DNA of 40,499 bases from positions 1 through 40,499 of the forward strand of contig CAZADP010000001.1 in the NCBI GenBank assembly GCA_964483905.1, in the 5' to 3' direction. Under the pieces are notes generated by a model. It was not told where the DNA came from and did no database searches. It saw only the letters and a list, made by a program, of their open reading frames with translations. Shown here piece by piece: positions 39,901-40,499 of the stretch (position 1 is its first letter; each line of letters begins with the position of its first letter). This DNA is from an uncultured Candidatus Bathyarchaeia archaeon. GTDB taxonomy: Archaea; Thermoproteota; Bathyarchaeia; Bathyarchaeales; Bathycorpusculaceae. Both the position numbers and the translations under genes were made by a program.

Positions 39901-40499
39901 TGTAATATCCATGGCTAGGGAAAGCTTCACTGTCTCAGAGATTTCTGCAATACAGACTTGGGTTCATTTAGGAGGAAGCCTGTTCCTTGTAGGTGAGGCA
40001 GACAACTATGCCGGTGACCCTGCGAGGTTCAACCCCGTGATAACAGAGTTTGGAATGGAGTTTGACCTTTACGGTGAAATCTACGAACATGTCATATCCG
40101 ACTTGGCTGTTCACCCGATAACCAGAGGGCTCTCTCAGTATGAGGTAGCCTACTGCGGCGTGCTGATTCTGTCTCCACCCGCTCAGTGGCTAGGAAGGAA
40201 TGGCACAGGAAGAGTTACATTAGCATGCTCTGAATATGGATCAGGACGAGTCGTCGTAGCGGCCGACACCAACACTTTCGCGGACAACTACGGGTTCCAA
40301 GACCCGCTGAGCCCTATTTACGAGCACTCAAAAACATTATCGCTTAACATATTAGACTGGCTTCTTCCACAAGAACACGACCTCGCTGTATCTCTGGATG
40401 CACCAAGTTTTCTTGCGCTTGGCACCTCGTTGCTGCTGAATGCAACTGTCACCAATCGGGGATTAAACAACGAGACGGATGTGGAGCTATTCTTGATGG
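36983..40499 (+). CDS. Secreted subtilisin-like serine peptidase (S8) followed by alternating CARDB-like and GATase1-like (ThuA/DUF4350-type) modules; 3' end runs off the window
   Basis: This ORF is not in the track because it has no stop in the window; I translated it by hand. The signal peptide is MKIRTNTFCIIMLTIILMSTLSVAF. The catalytic triad motifs are VAVVDTGID (Asp 37667-37669), HGTHCAGI (His 37769-37771) and GTSMAAPHVAG (Ser 38225-38227). The CARDB-like units begin HELIIIGW, HELVVSLE and HDLAVSLD. The interleaved modules contain VLIISCAY...HGLIATAGT and ILVISMARE...GGSLFLVGEAD...GRVVVAADTN. Confidence 0.85.
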   Translation, partial: MKIRTNTFCIIMLTIILMSTLSVAFDLKLVGAETGEKKGFDAFLKETNEVAPSSKNDIASPVETSDDPWYNIFQKNQGMGTTGGRSYNTFPNSEDKGEVNKTKGWDDFAFFDGNLTSIIVGIDNKEPNGYLQLEKLVSQYNGKIINTVATEGKIIAAVVGFSIHSVSAFMQNARAAEFTSYIEPNMKFQINLVPNDPYWSYQWAPAKIRADWAWNTTLGDPSIRVAVVDTGIDYNHEDLAANYVPLGYDWVNDDAYPMDDNGHGTHCAGIIAATINNSIGIAGLARVRIMAEKALDQYGEGYADWLANAIIHATDQGANIISMSWGDYSQSELIHEAIQYAYNAGVLLVAAAGNENTDLKLYPAAYDEVIAVTATNMYDERPGWSNFGDWVELAAPGVSIYSTVPGGYDHASGTSMAAPHVAGVAALAWSQFQNVTRDWLRLWLRYTVDDIGDPGFDIYYGYGRINARKAVEETLPEHELIIIGWKTPPYVKPGNSGIINATIFNFGKNDESDMEVQLLTNGTLVDSASISFLASGTSTTVSCSWSPTVAGLYNLTLYVVPVPGETSLENNVLWKYIYVGFPVKAVVLHSAGNIQGSIITNWQVLNSEWHCFGAAMVYIDYTTLNKDNLTYEDITTTEADVLIISCAYDPYAGWQFTDSEIEAIKRYVLEGHGLIATAGTLYNWVPNNNKLAPLFGLNETTMWTSTGTDLLHLVNATHPIFTNVPNPLVFPQVGTALPYDGRWDSNELWDGKYLALGHYQESAIVMCRGLVYISPWLEVIPPYYHHHLQLLYNAITWSTYQKPEHELVVSLECPAYLEPAESALLNATVVNRGLNNETNVALFLYIDGLEVNSTTVPKLVVDSSYTIEYLWTPVIEKTYNVTSFAPPLPDEEITFNNVESSIVNVRICLGEILYDESHDNRNFLDPTDPINHGDAWGYTTWAKIVTEAGYRITKWLPGDGELTLPILSHYDILVISMARESFTVSEISAIQTWVHLGGSLFLVGEADNYAGDPARFNPVITEFGMEFDLYGEIYEHVISDLAVHPITRGLSQYEVAYCGVLILSPPAQWLGRNGTGRVTLACSEYGSGRVVVAADTNTFADNYGFQDPLSPIYEHSKTLSLNILDWLLPQEHDLAVSLDAPSFLALGTSLLLNATVTNRGLNNETDVELFLM

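Noticed and set aside
1-40499. Interpretation of the locus as a classical cellulosome or polysaccharide-degrading system.
   Set aside because: I could find no glycoside hydrolase, carbohydrate esterase or polysaccharide lyase catalytic signatures. The NosD-like beta-helices lack recognisable pectate-lyase catalytic motifs, and the identifiable catalytic domains are peptidases and a rhodanese.

Overview
This 40.5-kb locus is about 90% coding and has an accessory-region character. It is dominated by large secreted or surface proteins assembled from CARDB, PKD, DUF11-like, NosD-like beta-helix, cohesin and dockerin modules. It is probably from an uncultivated archaeon (inference): TATA-like boxes sit upstream of purine-rich GGAGAAAGG leaders, terminators are plain oligo-T runs, and the surface proteins are dense in N-x-S/T sequons. 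The main result is a cohesin-dockerin network: 9 cohesin-like modules in 5 proteins, including a 4-cohesin scaffoldin, and 11 dockerins. Its recognisable cargo is a C25/gingipain-like peptidase, a C39/papain-like domain, a rhodanese plus beta-helix protein, and a 2136-aa DUF2341-LamG-Ig-PKD giant. An S8 subtilisin gene follows at the window edge. I recognise no glycoside hydrolase. Eight transcription units share a 29-nt promoter cassette (consensus TAGAAGATAATTCCAGAAnnCTTAAATA), which implies one regulon. Other notable items:
- an unassigned Trp/His/Cys-rich tandem repeat family
- a C-terminal tripartite sorting-type signal (WVPINK[LF]QLL + TM + basic tail), present once intact and once as an orphan gene remnant
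- a thioredoxin-like/CARDB/CcdA fusion that lacks a canonical start codon for its signal peptide
- a beta-helix protein with a 20-heptad Tyr/Leu coiled coil, next to a MinD/ParA ATPase and an ArsR-type regulator
- a pair of ~180-nt structured direct repeats, and a 36-nt exact repeat
- a palindrome-rich 1.4-kb noncoding island
No rRNA, tRNA, CRISPR array, transposase or integrase was seen. All family assignments come from motif recognition by eye and need HMM or structure confirmation.
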